Part shown: piece by piece, positions 8,711 to 20,542 of the stretch
How positions within the stretch are numbered: the stretch's first letter is position 1
Layout of the letters: the number at the start of each line of letters is the position of its first letter
Source of the DNA: an uncultured Verrucomicrobiae bacterium
GTDB taxonomy: Bacteria > Verrucomicrobiota > Verrucomicrobiia > Chthoniobacterales > Terrimicrobiaceae
Direction: 5' to 3'
NCBI GenBank assembly: GCA_963706955.1
Contig: CAVPOC010000002.1
Location: 160,001-224,000, forward strand
Length of the DNA: 64,000 bases
Notes under the pieces: model-generated
The model's input: the letters and a program-made list of their open reading frames with translations, nothing else
Told to the model about the DNA's origin: nothing
Databases searched by the model: none
Position numbers and translations under genes: made by a program

Positions 8711-10072
8711 TCACTGCTTGCCCTTGCTCCTTTCGGCGGCTCTTTTCTGATCCTCGTCGAAGAGCTTTCGCCAGTGGTCGAGGCGTTCCTTAACGCGCCT
8801 TTCCATGCCGTTCTCGCTCGGTTCGTAGTAGATGCGACCTTCGGGAAGGTAAGCCTGAGGAACGTAGGCGCCTTCGTAGTCGTGGCTGTACTTGTAACCC
8901 TCACCGTGGCCAAGCTTTTTGGCCGCCTTGTAATGTGTATCGCGGAGATGCTTGGGGACGGCGAGGGTGCGACCTTCGCGCACCTCCGCCGAGGCCTTTC
9001 CAATGGCCACGGTGCAGCGATTGCTCTTCGGAGCGGTAGCCACGTAAACGGTGGCGTGCGCCAGGACGAGCTGAGCTTCGGGCAAACCGACAAACTCGAC
9101 CGCTTGTTGCGCTGCGACCGCTACAACGAGAGCATTCGAATCGGCCATGCCCACGTCTTCGCTCGCGCAGATGATGAGGCGTCGCGCGATGAAGCGAATG
9201 TCCTCACCCGCGTAGAGCATTTTGGCTAGCCAATAGAGCGCCGCATCGGGGTCGGAGCCGCGAAGGCTCTTGATAAAAGCACTGATGGTATCGTAATGCG
9301 CGTCGCCATCCGCGTCGTAGACCACCGCCTTTCTCTGGATGCTCTCTTCTGCCGCAGACAACGTGATGTGAACCAGACCGCTTTGGTCCAGCGGGGTGGT
9401 GCGGGCGGCAATTTCGAGCGCGTTGAGGCACTTGCGCGCATCGCCATCGCTCACCTTGGCCAGATGGGCGGCAGCTTCGTCGTCAACGCGCAAGCGCAGC
9501 CCGCCGAGACCGCGTTCTTTGTCCATCAGCGTTTCCCGTATCAAAGTGAGCAAATCTTCGATTGATAGAGGTTCGAGTTGGAAGATTTGTGAACGCGAGA
9601 CAAGAGGGCTATTGACATAGAAAAATGGGTTATGCGTCGTCGCACCGATCAACCGGAGCAACCCGCTCTCGACATCGGGCAACAAGACATCCTGCTGAGC
9701 CTTGTTGAAGCGATGGATTTCATCGATGAAGAGGATCGTCTTTTGCCTCGTGTTCTGCAGACGGTTGGCAGCCTGGGCGATTACGCGCCGTATGTCGGCG
9801 ACACTCCCCTCCACGCCGCTCAGTCGCTCAAAGCGGGACTGCGTCGACGCCGCAATCACGTGGGCAAGACTCGTTTTCCCGACGCCGGGTGGGCCATAGA
9901 GAATGATCGACGATATTCGATCTGCCTCAACCGCGCGACGCAAGAGCTTGCCCGGACCGAGAATGTGACGTTGGCCGACAACTTCGTTCAACGTCCGGGG
10001 GCGCATACGCGTGGCGAGCGGCGCGTCCGGCCCAGCCGGCTTCTCGAGTTCTTCCGGAAAGAGGTCCTGCAT
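8711..10072 (-). CDS. rarA: Replication-associated recombination protein A (RarA/MgsA)
   Basis: PLA.RMRP, GPPGVGKT, FIDEIHRFNKAQQD, GATT.NP, SAFIKSLRGSDPDAA. Confidence 0.96.
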   Translation of the reverse strand: MQDLFPEELEKPAGPDAPLATRMRPRTLNEVVGQRHILGPGKLLRRAVEADRISSIILYGPPGVGKTSLAHVIAASTQSRFERLSGVEGSVADIRRVIAQAANRLQNTRQKTILFIDEIHRFNKAQQDVLLPDVESGLLRLIGATTHNPFFYVNSPLVSRSQIFQLEPLSIEDLLTLIRETLMDKERGLGGLRLRVDDEAAAHLAKVSDGDARKCLNALEIAARTTPLDQSGLVHITLSAAEESIQRKAVVYDADGDAHYDTISAFIKSLRGSDPDAALYWLAKMLYAGEDIRFIARRLIICASEDVGMADSNALVVAVAAQQAVEFVGLPEAQLVLAHATVYVATAPKSNRCTVAIGKASAEVREGRTLAVPKHLRDTHYKAAKKLGHGEGYKYSHDYEGAYVPQAYLPEGRIYYEPSENGMERRVKERLDHWRKLFDEDQKRAAERSKGKQ

Positions 10073-10261
10073 GGCTAAGTATCGTTCCGATCCTCGCCCT
10101 GCCGCAAGCGGCCAAAACGGCTCGAAAGGTGGCGCCTTTCTTAGACTAACGCCCTCCTAAAATGAGGTTGGACCTTTCACCTAGAAGGGACTGACCGCCC
10201 TTAGATCTTTTTATTGATGGCTGTTTGAGTATTGCGTCGCGCGTATTAGATTGTCGCTCCG

Positions 10262-10726
10262 ATGGCCATGAAAACTCTTCTTGTTCCAGTCGACCTGAGT
10301 GACGCAGCGCAACCCGTGCTTCAGAAGGCTGCCGAACTCGCCCCGCAGCTATCGGCTAGAATCGTCCTTTTGCACATCGTCGAGCCGGTCGCGACCTACG
10401 TGCCCGTCGGCGCGACAATGGATGTAATCGCTGCGGCTCCGCCGCCTGCGGAAACTACCGAGAGCCTTTCCGCACCCGATTCGCGCCTCAAGACGCTGGC
10501 CGAACCGCTCATCGCAGCCGGAATTAGCGTCGAACCGGTCACCCTGATTGGTTTGGCCGTCGATGACATTCTCGAACAGGCCGTGAAACATCGCGCGGAC
10601 TACATCATGCTCGGATCACATGGACACGGTGCGCTCTATCATCTCTTCAGCGGCAGCGTGGTGACCGGAATTCTAAAGCGCTCCACTTGCCCGGTCATCG
10701 TGGTTCCCTCGCGATCCCAGACCTGA
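10262..10726 (+). CDS. Universal stress protein (UspA family)
   Basis: LLVPVDLS N-terminus; LGSHGHG...SGSV...CPVIVVP C-terminus. Confidence 0.92.
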   Translation: MAMKTLLVPVDLSDAAQPVLQKAAELAPQLSARIVLLHIVEPVATYVPVGATMDVIAAAPPPAETTESLSAPDSRLKTLAEPLIAAGISVEPVTLIGLAVDDILEQAVKHRADYIMLGSHGHGALYHLFSGSVVTGILKRSTCPVIVVPSRSQT

Positions 10727-10727
10727 T

Positions 10728-11924
10728 CTACGAGACAGGCTCATGCTCGACGATGCGCACTGCATGCGTCTTATCGAGTTTCAACACACCGCGCGAGCCG
10801 TCCGGCAGACGAACTTTCGGGTCAGTGACCTTTTCACCTCCCCATTGAATGCTCCCTCCTTCAATGAGACGACGAGCGTCGCTTCGAGATTTCGAGATGC
10901 GGAAGCAGCATGCGTAGGCCTCGACAACAAGGCTCACGAAATCGCGCGATTCACCCGTCGGCGAGAAGACCGGCAGATCTGCATGCTCCAAATCCCTTTT
11001 GCTGAAGCGCTGCTCAAAATCGAGAAGCGAACTCTCCGCCTCGGCGGCGGAATGGAAGCGCGCGACCAGGCGACGAGCCAGCTCCTTCTTGGCCTCCATG
11101 GGATGCCGATCGGCGCCCAATTCCTCATGGAGCAGGACTTGGTAATACCGCCCCATCAAGTCGTCGCTAATGCTCATGAGCTTGCCAAACATTTCCGCTG
11201 GGCTTTCGTTTAGTGCAACGTAGTTGCCAAGGCTCTTGCTCATCTTCTGCTTTCCGTCGAGTCCTTCGAGGATGGGCAGGACCATCGCGACCTGCTGGGG
11301 CATTCCTTCCTCCCGTTGCAGGTCGCGTCCCACCATAATATTGAAGAGTTGGTCCGTCCCCCCGAGCTCAACGTCGGCCTGGATCTTGACCGAATCCCAC
11401 CCCTGCATGATCGGGTATTGGATCTCGTGGGCACGGATGGCCAACCCACGCTGCATCCGGTCGCGGAAGTCCTCTCGAACCAGCATCTGCTGAAGTGTCA
11501 CGCGGCTGTTCAGTTTAATGACTTCCTGAAAGCTCATGCCTTCGAACCATTCGCCGTTGAAGACGATTCTTGAGCGTTCCCGGCTCAAGATCTTGAAGGC
11601 CTGCTCCTGATAGCTCTGCGCGTTCTCCAAGACCTCTTCATGCGTCAATTGGGGACGCGTGACCGATCTGCCGCTGGGATCGCCGATTATGGCGGTGAAG
11701 TCCCCTATGATCAATATCGCGGAGTGACCGAGATCTTGAAAATCTCTGAGCTTTTCCAGCACGACGCTGTGTCCGAGATGAATGTCGGGTGCGGTCGGAT
11801 CAACCCCAAGCTTGACACTGAGGGGCCGGCCCTCGTTGAGTTTGGCTAGGAGCTCGTCGCGGTTGAAAACGCTCTCACACCCTCGGCAAAGACGCGTGAG
11901 CTGATCTGCGGGTGAGAGCATCAT
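10728..11924 (-). CDS. tyrS: Tyrosine--tRNA ligase
   Basis: GVDPTAPDIHLGH (HIGH-like), ELGGTDQLFN, KMSKS, C-terminal S4 domain. Confidence 0.97.
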   Translation of the reverse strand: MMLSPADQLTRLCRGCESVFNRDELLAKLNEGRPLSVKLGVDPTAPDIHLGHSVVLEKLRDFQDLGHSAILIIGDFTAIIGDPSGRSVTRPQLTHEEVLENAQSYQEQAFKILSRERSRIVFNGEWFEGMSFQEVIKLNSRVTLQQMLVREDFRDRMQRGLAIRAHEIQYPIMQGWDSVKIQADVELGGTDQLFNIMVGRDLQREEGMPQQVAMVLPILEGLDGKQKMSKSLGNYVALNESPAEMFGKLMSISDDLMGRYYQVLLHEELGADRHPMEAKKELARRLVARFHSAAEAESSLLDFEQRFSKRDLEHADLPVFSPTGESRDFVSLVVEAYACCFRISKSRSDARRLIEGGSIQWGGEKVTDPKVRLPDGSRGVLKLDKTHAVRIVEHEPVS

Positions 11925-11926
11925 CC

Positions 11927-12460
11927 TTAGCGATTTTTGTTCAAAATCTCCCGGACCTGCTCGATGGTCATGTTCTTGTCGATCTGCTCGCTGAGCTGGT
12001 CGAGCCGTCCCTGCGCACTGCCCTGGGCGAGATACGGCGACGCCCTAAATGGCTGCTCTGGCCGAGACGCTCTGCGTTCCCCCTCATGAAACTTTCCCGC
12101 ACTGGCCGATTCAACGGGATAGCCGGTGTCTTTATTTCGAATAGAGCTCTTCGACCACAAGCTTGCCTGGTTCGACTCGTAAACTTTCCTACCGATCCAT
12201 GGATTCTTGATCCCAAGGAACGAACGGACGTTCGCATACTTTTCCGTCGAGGCTTTTTGCGTGTGAAGAAATGAAGAAGACCCGGCCGCTGCCTTCTTCA
12301 CCAGAAATCCTCCACTGTCGAATTTCTTCCCATTCATCGGGTTGATCTGCGACATGTCAGGCTTCGCCAGCACGCGCTCCAAAAGCTTTTTCTCATCCTG
12401 CTGCGCAAAGCAACAAGCGCCACTAAGACACCAGGCAAGAATCCACCGGAAGGCACGCAC
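11927..12460 (-). CDS. Hypothetical secreted protein
   Basis: Signal-peptide-like N-terminus; packed tightly between the TPR gene and tyrS. Confidence 0.6.
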   Translation of the reverse strand: MRAFRWILAWCLSGACCFAQQDEKKLLERVLAKPDMSQINPMNGKKFDSGGFLVKKAAAGSSSFLHTQKASTEKYANVRSFLGIKNPWIGRKVYESNQASLWSKSSIRNKDTGYPVESASAGKFHEGERRASRPEQPFRASPYLAQGSAQGRLDQLSEQIDKNMTIEQVREILNKNR

Positions 12461-12478
12461 GATCGCAGACTATATTAT

Positions 12479-15400
12479 TCATTCATCTTTCGGCAAGGCG
12501 GGGGACAGAGGATGAGTGGTCAACATCTCGTGTGCCGCACGGCGGTCGGCCGGCGCGGCATAAGCTTCAATCACATCCTGGAGAACCTTGCGCGCCTCGG
12601 GGTGCTCACCCGACTGGAGAAGTCTTTCGACGTATGCTTTGGCAATCGGAAAGGATCCGGGATGCAATTCGTGAGCGCGGGCGAGGTCCCGCTGCGCGCT
12701 CGCCTCGGATGCGGTTGCCTCGGCTCGGCGCATGAAAAACTCGGCCTTTGCGCAACGCACCTCCCAGAGCGGGCTCTCGCAGGCTTCCCAGAGCGCAGTT
12801 GCACGGTCCCAGTCTGAGGATTCCAAGCTCTGCAGCAAGGTCCGGCCTGGCAGGCCATCAAGAAGTGAGGCGATGCTCTCGATCCAAAGCCATGCGCGCT
12901 CGTAGTCATGGTTTGCGAGCAGTCTTTGGGCAACCTCAGCCTGGAAGGCGCGGAACTGTCTTGGAGCAAGTCCGAATTCGTTGACGCGTGGATCATGTTG
13001 CAGCAGTTCGCCAGTTTTGAAGTAGTAATCAGCGAGGGCGCGTGCTGACACAGACTGAGGGGTATCCATCGCGCGGCGTATGCTCTCACGCGCGGCCGCA
13101 AAGTCGCCCTGCTCGAGGAATAGCTTCATAGCTTCGATCCATGCCGCACCCGAGCGCGCATCCACCGGTGCGGCGAGGAGATACGGTTGTGCTTCGTGGG
13201 AACGCCCGGTCGCCAGATAGTATTCAATGAGATCGAGATTCCTCTGCGGTTCGAGCACCGCGATGCGTGTGATGGGCGTTACAATCGCTTCGGCGGCAGC
13301 GCGTTTCCCGGTCTTAAACAATGCTTGGGCGAGCAGCAAGGTACGTGTCGCGTTCCCGGGCATGCCGTTTCGTGAGCTCGGCGAAAGTGCGAGCCGCGAA
13401 TTCGTAGCGCTGCGCATCCAGGAGCCGACGGCCAATCTGATCCCACCCCCGCTCGTTGAAATGCGCGTCAGTCAGATAGTTGTCCAGCACGGCCCCGACT
13501 TCCTCATAGCGCCCGTGCTGCAGCAGGATTTGAACGACGACCTCACCCGCCTGATAGTTTCCGCGGCCTTCTTCCCATTCTGCGTAGAGCTCGTTGAGCA
13601 GCTCGCCAATTGAACCGAATTTCTCGGCGAGTTCTTTGCGTAACGCGTAAAATTCAGGAAGCAGAGTCGGGGTGCGAAAAGCGATTCGCTTCAGTCGCTG
13701 CACCTGCTCACTTCGGACGGTGCTAGGCAAGTCTTGCTGGACGATTAAGAAGCTCCGAACGGCACGAAAGCGTTCCTCATTGGAGGCGGTCGGATTGTCA
13801 AGGTCGACGAGCACTTTCTTCCAATCGCGAGAAGCCGTGGGCGTCGGTCCTCCGGGCGATAATTCATTCCCCGACGGGACCTCGGTGGCATTGCTGTGCG
13901 ATCCGATTCGACCAGTTCCGGCGATCTCCCGAAGCTTGGCAACTGCTAACTTGCTTCGTGGCGGCCCGGTGCGAATGTCCCGCTCGAGCAGCGCCACTGC
14001 GTCTTGTTCGCGACCGAGTCCGAGGTAGAGTTCCACCATTGGCGCTGTAAACTCCGCCGAAGCGGCCAGGAGAGGGCTGGCTTCCAGTTCCGAGAGAGCT
14101 TCTTGGTGGCGTCCCATCTTCGAGAGAGCTTGGATGTGTCGCAGAAGCAGCGCTTTATTTAACGGTCCCTCGCGACCTAGACGTTCAAGGATGGTCAGCG
14201 AACGTTCATATTTTCCGTCTTCGTCGAGAATAGCGGCCAGCCGAAGCCCCGCAGTCTGGACAATAGCTCGCCCCAAGCCTGGATATTCTTCAGCGAGCAG
14301 CCGTTCAAAGAACGCCGTGCCAGGCTCCTGAAGCAGACGGGCTTGAATCAGGTTGAGAATTCCGGAGCGAATCCCTTCATTGCGCGGATTTCGGTCACAC
14401 AACGTCTTGTAAACGACCGCCGCGGCTTCGACGCGACCCGAGTGTTGAAGCCGGATGACGGCGTCCAAGAGTTCGCGATCGGTAGCCCCCCGTGCGACCC
14501 ATTCATTGAGGAGGTAGGGGATTTCGTGCGTTTCGGCGGAAACAAGCTGGTTGAGAATGAATCGACCGACGGTCGCGTCGCGGAAGTTCTCGCCTCTGAG
14601 ACTGAGCAGTGCAGAGTCTCGCGCGAGGTCGTTTCGATACAGATCACGCGCGAGACGATGCAGGTTCCACTCCTCGAGTTGGTTTCCGCCCTGCTGCACC
14701 AGTTGCGACCAGCTTTCGTCATCCGAGCTGCCGAAACTCGGAAACATTTCTGCGAGCTCTTCCGCCGCAGCGACGTGATCTCCTTTGAGGCTGCTAATCA
14801 ACGCGGCCGCCGCGCTCTCACAACGCGGATGCTTGGAGGCTTTCAGCCGGACGGCTATATTCTCTTCAAAGCTTCCTTTGTCCTGGTCGGGAGTAAGCAT
14901 CCACCGTGCGCGAATGGCAACAAACAGCGGTTCACCAAAGGAAATTGCCGAGGGGGCTGACTCGATCGCTTTGTCGAAGCGCTCAACGGCCTCGTCCGGC
15001 TCGCACAAAGCGACCCACCAACGCGCCAGCTCAATCCAGGCGGAGCAAGCCTGGGAGGCGGGCAGAGCGTCGGGCACGCTTTCGCCCAAAGTACACGCCG
15101 CGCGAAACAGATTCTTGCTTGCCAATGCCTCGGAAGCCTGCCAGCGCGTCAGCGCGGGAGCCTGGGCGAAGAGCCGAGAGAGGAACTCGCCGGAGGGGCG
15201 CCAATTCGCCTCCAGCATTCGGACAAGTGCGGCAAGGATGCTGTCCCACTTGGCTTGAGGTTGTTCTGAATGGCCAATCCAACGCCTGAGTGCGTCGTCA
15301 GCCTCGACGTCCATGGCAAGGGCGGCGAAGCTCTGCTCGAGCCCCGCGCTGGACTGTTCTGAAAATGTCAGGCGCTCGATTTCCAGAAAGGCAGCCGTGC

Positions 15401-18400
15401 GGTCCCCTGAATGAAAGGTTGCCCAGATCCTTTCGATAGGTTCCGAGAGTTGCCCGATCCATTCCTTCGTGTGCGAGCTATTCGCGACGAGTCGTCCGAT
15501 CTCGCGGATCGCCAGAAGCCGACAGCCTTCCACGTCGGCTTCCGTCGGGACTTTCCACGGAGTAGCCCGCGACCCGCTCGTGCGGACGGAGGGGGCTGGA
15601 GTCCGCAAAATTCTCTCCGGCAGAGGAATGCAATCCCTGTATGACTCCGGCTGTGGTCGTGTTTCGCGCAGGACTGCTTCCAAGTCGCTTAAAGCCTGCG
15701 CGCGGTCGCCACGCTCGAGGGCAAGCCGCCCCAGCCGCAGGAGCACCTGCGGAGCGCAACCGCTAAAGCGCGCGGCGGTGCGATATGAGTTCTCTGCGCG
15801 TTCGCTGTTTCCGGCTCGCTCAAAAAAGTCCCCGGCCGCGGAAAGGACCTGTGGATTGCGGGCGTGTCGTGCGGCCAGAGCTCGCCAGACGTTCTCCGCC
15901 TCCTCGCGTCGTCCAGCGCGCTCGAGAAAATCGGCATATCGAATCGAGGGCTGAGCATCCTGGGCGCCAGCCAGAAAGACAATGCGGCGAGCGAGGCGCG
16001 CTGCTTCATCCCAATCTGCCGCTTTCTCCGCCAGTTTTATCAATTTATCGAGTTCCTCGATCGAGTCATCGCTCTCCTTGGTTGCAGATGCTTTCAGCAC
16101 TCCCAGGGCTTCCTCGTCCTTGCCCTCGGCTGCCAGCAGCGAAGCCAAACACTCCTGCCACAAGCGTTCGTCAGCGGAGCTTCGCGCCCTCCGCTCGATT
16201 CGGGAGCGCCAGTCGTCTGTCATCCCGTGCTCGACAGCATAGGAGCCTGCCTCGTCGAGCAACTCTTTACGCGCTGGACTGCTCCCCTCGGTCGCACAGG
16301 CATTTTCCAAAAAGTCCAGTGCGCGGGTAAAGAGTTGGAGACGCGTCGCGGCATTGAGGATCGGCGTCCGCAGAGAGCGCCTCGCATCGGGCGGAGCAAG
16401 GTTGTATGCGCGCTGCCAGGTCTCGAATGCTTCGAACCAGTTTCCGCTCATTTGCTGCGCGAGAGCGAGATCAGCAATAGTTTGCCAATCCTTGGACTCG
16501 TGGGCCAAAGCTTGAAAAATGCGCAGGCCGTCATCGGCATTTCCGCGATCGAGTTCGAGGTGACCGATGCGTCGCCGGATTTCGAAGTGCCGCTCCGGAG
16601 CCATTTCGGCCAGGCGAGTAAACGCTTGAATCGCGCCGCCCGAGTCGCCTGAGTCGGCGAGTTGCACCGCAAGAGCTTCTTGCAAGGCCTTGGACTGCGG
16701 GAGCGCATCGAGCCCGCGTCGGAGCGCACTGACCGGACTTGGTCGATTGTTGGTCCAGCGCAACCATCGAGCCAATCTTAGCCAGGAGCCCTCCTGGCCG
16801 CTTTGTTGAGCATGCACCTCGAGTAGCTCGATCATCTCGCGAATTGCGGGTTGCAGCGACTCCTCCTGTTCCTCGGGCGGTGCTTGCCGACCAGATTGCA
16901 AGGCGAGAAAGAGTCGGCGATCCAGATCTTCACGAGGCGGCGAAGATGCCGAGGTCTGGCAAGCCTTTTGCAGGACCTCGACCATGGCTTCGGTTTGCCC
17001 GTCGGTCTGGAGCAGGTCGGCCAAATGGAGCGCGTATTCGGGTTTGGAGGGATCGTGCTCAAACGCCTTGCGCGCCCACCGGATCTCTTCCTGCCTTGTG
17101 CCGGCAGCGCTCAGGAGTTCGCTAAACTTAAAGGCGACCTCACCGGCCTCCCGCTCGTCAAGCCGCGAAGCTTCGAACCGCGCCAGACAACTTATCGCTT
17201 CCTGGTCCCGGCGCTGGTCGAGGTAAAAGCGCACCAGGTCGGAGACGGCCGGCAGGTCGTCAGGATGGGCGAGAAACGCCGCGGAGAGCTTCCGTTCCAG
17301 CGGAGCGGTCAGCTGCATGCGTTTGTAAAAATCGATCGCACGCCCAGCGGCCGTGTCGTCGTCGGCATGAGCACGCAGATAGTTCTCGATGCGCTCCTCC
17401 GCATCTGCCTCCTGTTCCATGAGTGCGCTTGCTTCGGCCCGCAAAAAGATGATGTCGCGATCATCGGGCCTGGAGGCGAGCACCTTGTCGTAGAGCGTGG
17501 CGGCCGACTGCGGATTTCCCAAAGCAAGATCGAGAGCGGCGAGGTCACAAGTGAGGCGAACATCGCTTGGAAGAAGTGTTGCTGCCCGGCTTAGCCACTC
17601 GCGCCGCTGCAAGTCGTCCCCTTGAAATTCGCAGAGCTTGGCCAGGCGCAAAGCGGCCTGAGGATCACGAGGATCGCTTTCGGCTTCGGCGCGCCATCGT
17701 TTCTCGAGCACGTCGAGCGAGTGATTCTTATCATGCAGACTCAGCAATCGGCGCCGGGCGGAGTCGAGCTGCCAGTGTCCCGGTCCCATCAAGTGAAGCA
17801 GGGCCTCTTGTGCGTCGATCGCTTCGGCCATTCTCCCGACTGACTCGAGCCGCAGCGAAATCTCCCCAAGAGCATTGAACCGCTCGCTCGGCGTGCCGTG
17901 CTTCGCAATAACTTGCAAGTGGGCGACAGCCTCGCTCCAGTCGGCAGCGCGAACGCTCGCCGCGGCCAGCCGTTTACGCAGCGCAAGGTCCCCGGGATCG
18001 AGGGCCACGGCACGGTTCCAAGCGGCCCGCGATCTGTCGAGCTCGCCAATCTTGAGCAAGAGCTCGCCGAGCCGGACCAACACGGCCGGATTCGGGTTAG
18101 TGGCGGTCGATTCCTCCAGCAACTTCGCCGCCGCCGCCAGATCACCCTCTTCCTCGAGGATCCCAGAGAGCATCTCGGCCGCCTGAACGCTCCCGGACGC
18201 CGCTGCCGCACCCAGCACAGTCTTGACCTCCACAGTGCGCCCAGCACGCTGCAACACTCGTGCATAGAGCACCGGCGCCTCCGCTGCCCTCTGCTGACAC
18301 ACGGCAATCAGCGCGTCAATTTCACCTGCTTCCGAATGGATTTTCCACAGCCGGTCAAAGGCGGTCTGCTGCATCGGGTTGGCGATCAGAATCGTAAGAT

Positions 18401-18494
18401 AGCGGTCGGCCAGCTTTTGTGATTGGGCGTCCAGGCCCAAAGCGACTCCGGACAGGCAAAGCCAAAGCCCTAGCGGAAGAAAACGCCGTCCCAT
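12479..18494 (-). CDS. Giant (~2000 aa) secreted tetratricopeptide-repeat protein, split by one +1 frameshift at ~13364
   Basis: Signal peptide MGRRFLPLGLWLCLSGVALG; many TPR-like helical repeats; ORFs 13314..18530 and 12479..13435 join as ...AELTKR|MPGNATRTLLLAQALF... Confidence 0.75.
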
Positions 18495-18650
18495 CGGGCA
18501 AAAAGCTAGCGGATTTGGCATTTCCGGCAACTGGGAGACGCCCCGATCGACTGGTCGGCAGTCCTCAATTTCCGCAGAACGTCCCCGCCTGGACGAAACG
18601 TCAGAGGGTAAGGTCCTCAGGGCACCGGAGTTTCGCCGCTGGCAACGCGT

Positions 18651-19115
18651 TTAACGGGAGAGATCCGCCTGCGCCAGAATCTTGAAGCCGTCGCCTCGCA
18701 AAACCGAACTCGAGCAGTCACTGTCGTCGACGTGCATGACCAGAACAGCACGCCCGCGTGGGCGAACCAGCAAAGGGTAGCTGAAAATGATGTTCACCTC
18801 TGCCATGAGTAACGCCGAGAGCACTTTGCTGAGATCTGACGCGCCACCAGGGAGTTCGACCACAAGGACTTCGCACTCACTGAAGGGAATGTCATGCTTG
18901 TGAAAGAGTTCAGTCACACGCTCCGGATCGCTGACGATCATTCGACCGATGGACGATTCGGAGGAATCCTGAATGCTCAAGGCGAGCGCCACGATGTTGT
19001 GCTCGTTCAGTAGCTTGACGACCTCGAGCAACGCTCCCACCTTGTTCTGCAGAAAGACCGAAAACTGCCGCACTTGTGGGCTTTCGAGGCTTTCGGTAGT
19101 TCGCGTCGCCGGCAT
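18651..19115 (-). CDS. Tandem ACT-domain protein
   Basis: QFSVFLQNKVGAL...NI.ALS and ...G.L..VL..L..AEVNI..SY repeats. Confidence 0.85.
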   Translation of the reverse strand: MPATRTTESLESPQVRQFSVFLQNKVGALLEVVKLLNEHNIVALALSIQDSSESSIGRMIVSDPERVTELFHKHDIPFSECEVLVVELPGGASDLSKVLSALLMAEVNIIFSYPLLVRPRGRAVLVMHVDDSDCSSSVLRGDGFKILAQADLSR

Positions 19116-19142
19116 GTTCGTAGAACTTCCGATAAGTTGCCA

Positions 19143-19607
19143 CTATTTATAAGAATACAAAAGACAGAACTGCGCCTTGTCGCCCTCCAACAGGGTCAGC
19201 TTCACATAGTAGCGACCGCTGACTTCCGGGACGAAACCTGCGGCCGCAACCTGCCCGTCCTCGTAGGTTTGGAAGTCCATTGGCTTGCCGATTTCGTTGA
19301 ACACAGCCACGGCAATTTTTCGTCCGGGCGGGTTTACGGCCGCGGAGAACCAGTATTCGTTGCCAGAAAACAGGTTTACCTCGAGAAACTGGGGGCGATT
19401 CGGTTCGATTTCGCCGGGCCAATAGCCGTCACGAATCTTATACCCGTCGTTGCTAAAGGCACCGGCGAGCTCTAGTGCTTTGCTGCGGGCACTGACGTCA
19501 GTCTCAGGGACCGGGGTCGGAGCGGGATTTTCCTGGGCGAACAACCCAGAAGAAAGGACCACCAGGAGCCAAATAGGGCAAAGCCAAAGGAGGAGGCGAG
19601 GAGGCAT
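19143..19607 (-). CDS. Hypothetical secreted protein
   Basis: Signal peptide MPPRLLLWLCPIWLLVV; beta-rich domain; operon-like spacing. Confidence 0.65.
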   Translation of the reverse strand: MPPRLLLWLCPIWLLVVLSSGLFAQENPAPTPVPETDVSARSKALELAGAFSNDGYKIRDGYWPGEIEPNRPQFLEVNLFSGNEYWFSAAVNPPGRKIAVAVFNEIGKPMDFQTYEDGQVAAAGFVPEVSGRYYVKLTLLEGDKAQFCLLYSYK

Positions 19608-19614
19608 TTGGTTT

Positions 19615-20409
19615 TTATAAGCCGGTGGCGATTGCCTTTCCCATCGATGCCATGGCAGCGTGGAGTTGGGTGACATTCTCCTCCGAAGGCGTCTCCGCTT
19701 TGACGTAATCGAGGCACTTCTCCAAAGTGGCGCGAATCATTGCGACCAGCGAATCTTCTTTCATCCCTTGAGGGAGAGAGCCGATTTGCTCGAGAAGATA
19801 TTCGATTATCGCCGGCTGCCGCAAGAGCCGCGCGGCGTCAGGCGTGTAGGCGCGCTCCACAAGATCGCTGGCGAGTTCGGTTCCCCGAATCCATGCTCCC
19901 AAGCTGACCAAGGTGACAAGGTTGCTGTCTTTTTGCTCGAACATGTCGAGCTTGACTTCATTTTGCGTGGCTTCCAGCTCCTCCCGCAGTGCGTTCCAAT
20001 CGTTATTTTCGGCGAAATCGTTGATACTGTTGCCGCGACCGAGGACGCTTTGGCTGACGTTCAGTTTCTTGGCTAGATTGATGATCTCTTTGCCGATGTT
20101 TTTGACGCCCTGCCCGTCCTGAGCCTCCACGGCGATATAGCCGTCGGCAACGAGAGTGCCCAAGACGAGAGCAATTTGGGCGCGATTGGCAGTCGCTTCC
20201 GGGGTTCCCACGCGAACCAGTTGCTTCCAGTTTGGGCGTTCGAGCTTATTGATGGCGGCGAAAAACTCACCCGGCATCGGAATAGTCAGCGATTCAATGC
20301 GAACGGCCTGGTCGATTTGGCCTGAGGTCATGGCGCTCTCCGCGGCTCTCGATCCGAATACGGGGAGAGTGATGGTGGCCAAGACAAGGTGCCATCGAAG
20401 CCAATTCAT
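19615..20409 (-). CDS. Hypothetical secreted alpha-helical protein
   Basis: Signal peptide from ATG 20409; long protein-like ORF. Confidence 0.65.
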   Translation of the reverse strand: MNWLRWHLVLATITLPVFGSRAAESAMTSGQIDQAVRIESLTIPMPGEFFAAINKLERPNWKQLVRVGTPEATANRAQIALVLGTLVADGYIAVEAQDGQGVKNIGKEIINLAKKLNVSQSVLGRGNSINDFAENNDWNALREELEATQNEVKLDMFEQKDSNLVTLVSLGAWIRGTELASDLVERAYTPDAARLLRQPAIIEYLLEQIGSLPQGMKEDSLVAMIRATLEKCLDYVKAETPSEENVTQLHAAMASMGKAIATGL

Positions 20410-20542
20410 CGGAGCAGATAATACAAAGGGGCAAAGTTTGGCGAGTGCCTTTCTGAGGCAAAGTTTGGCCACTATGATTCGCATCTCAGCTTCGTAAAGT
20501 TACTCTGATGTCTTCGCGTTCACCAGCGCGGTCACGTTAACG

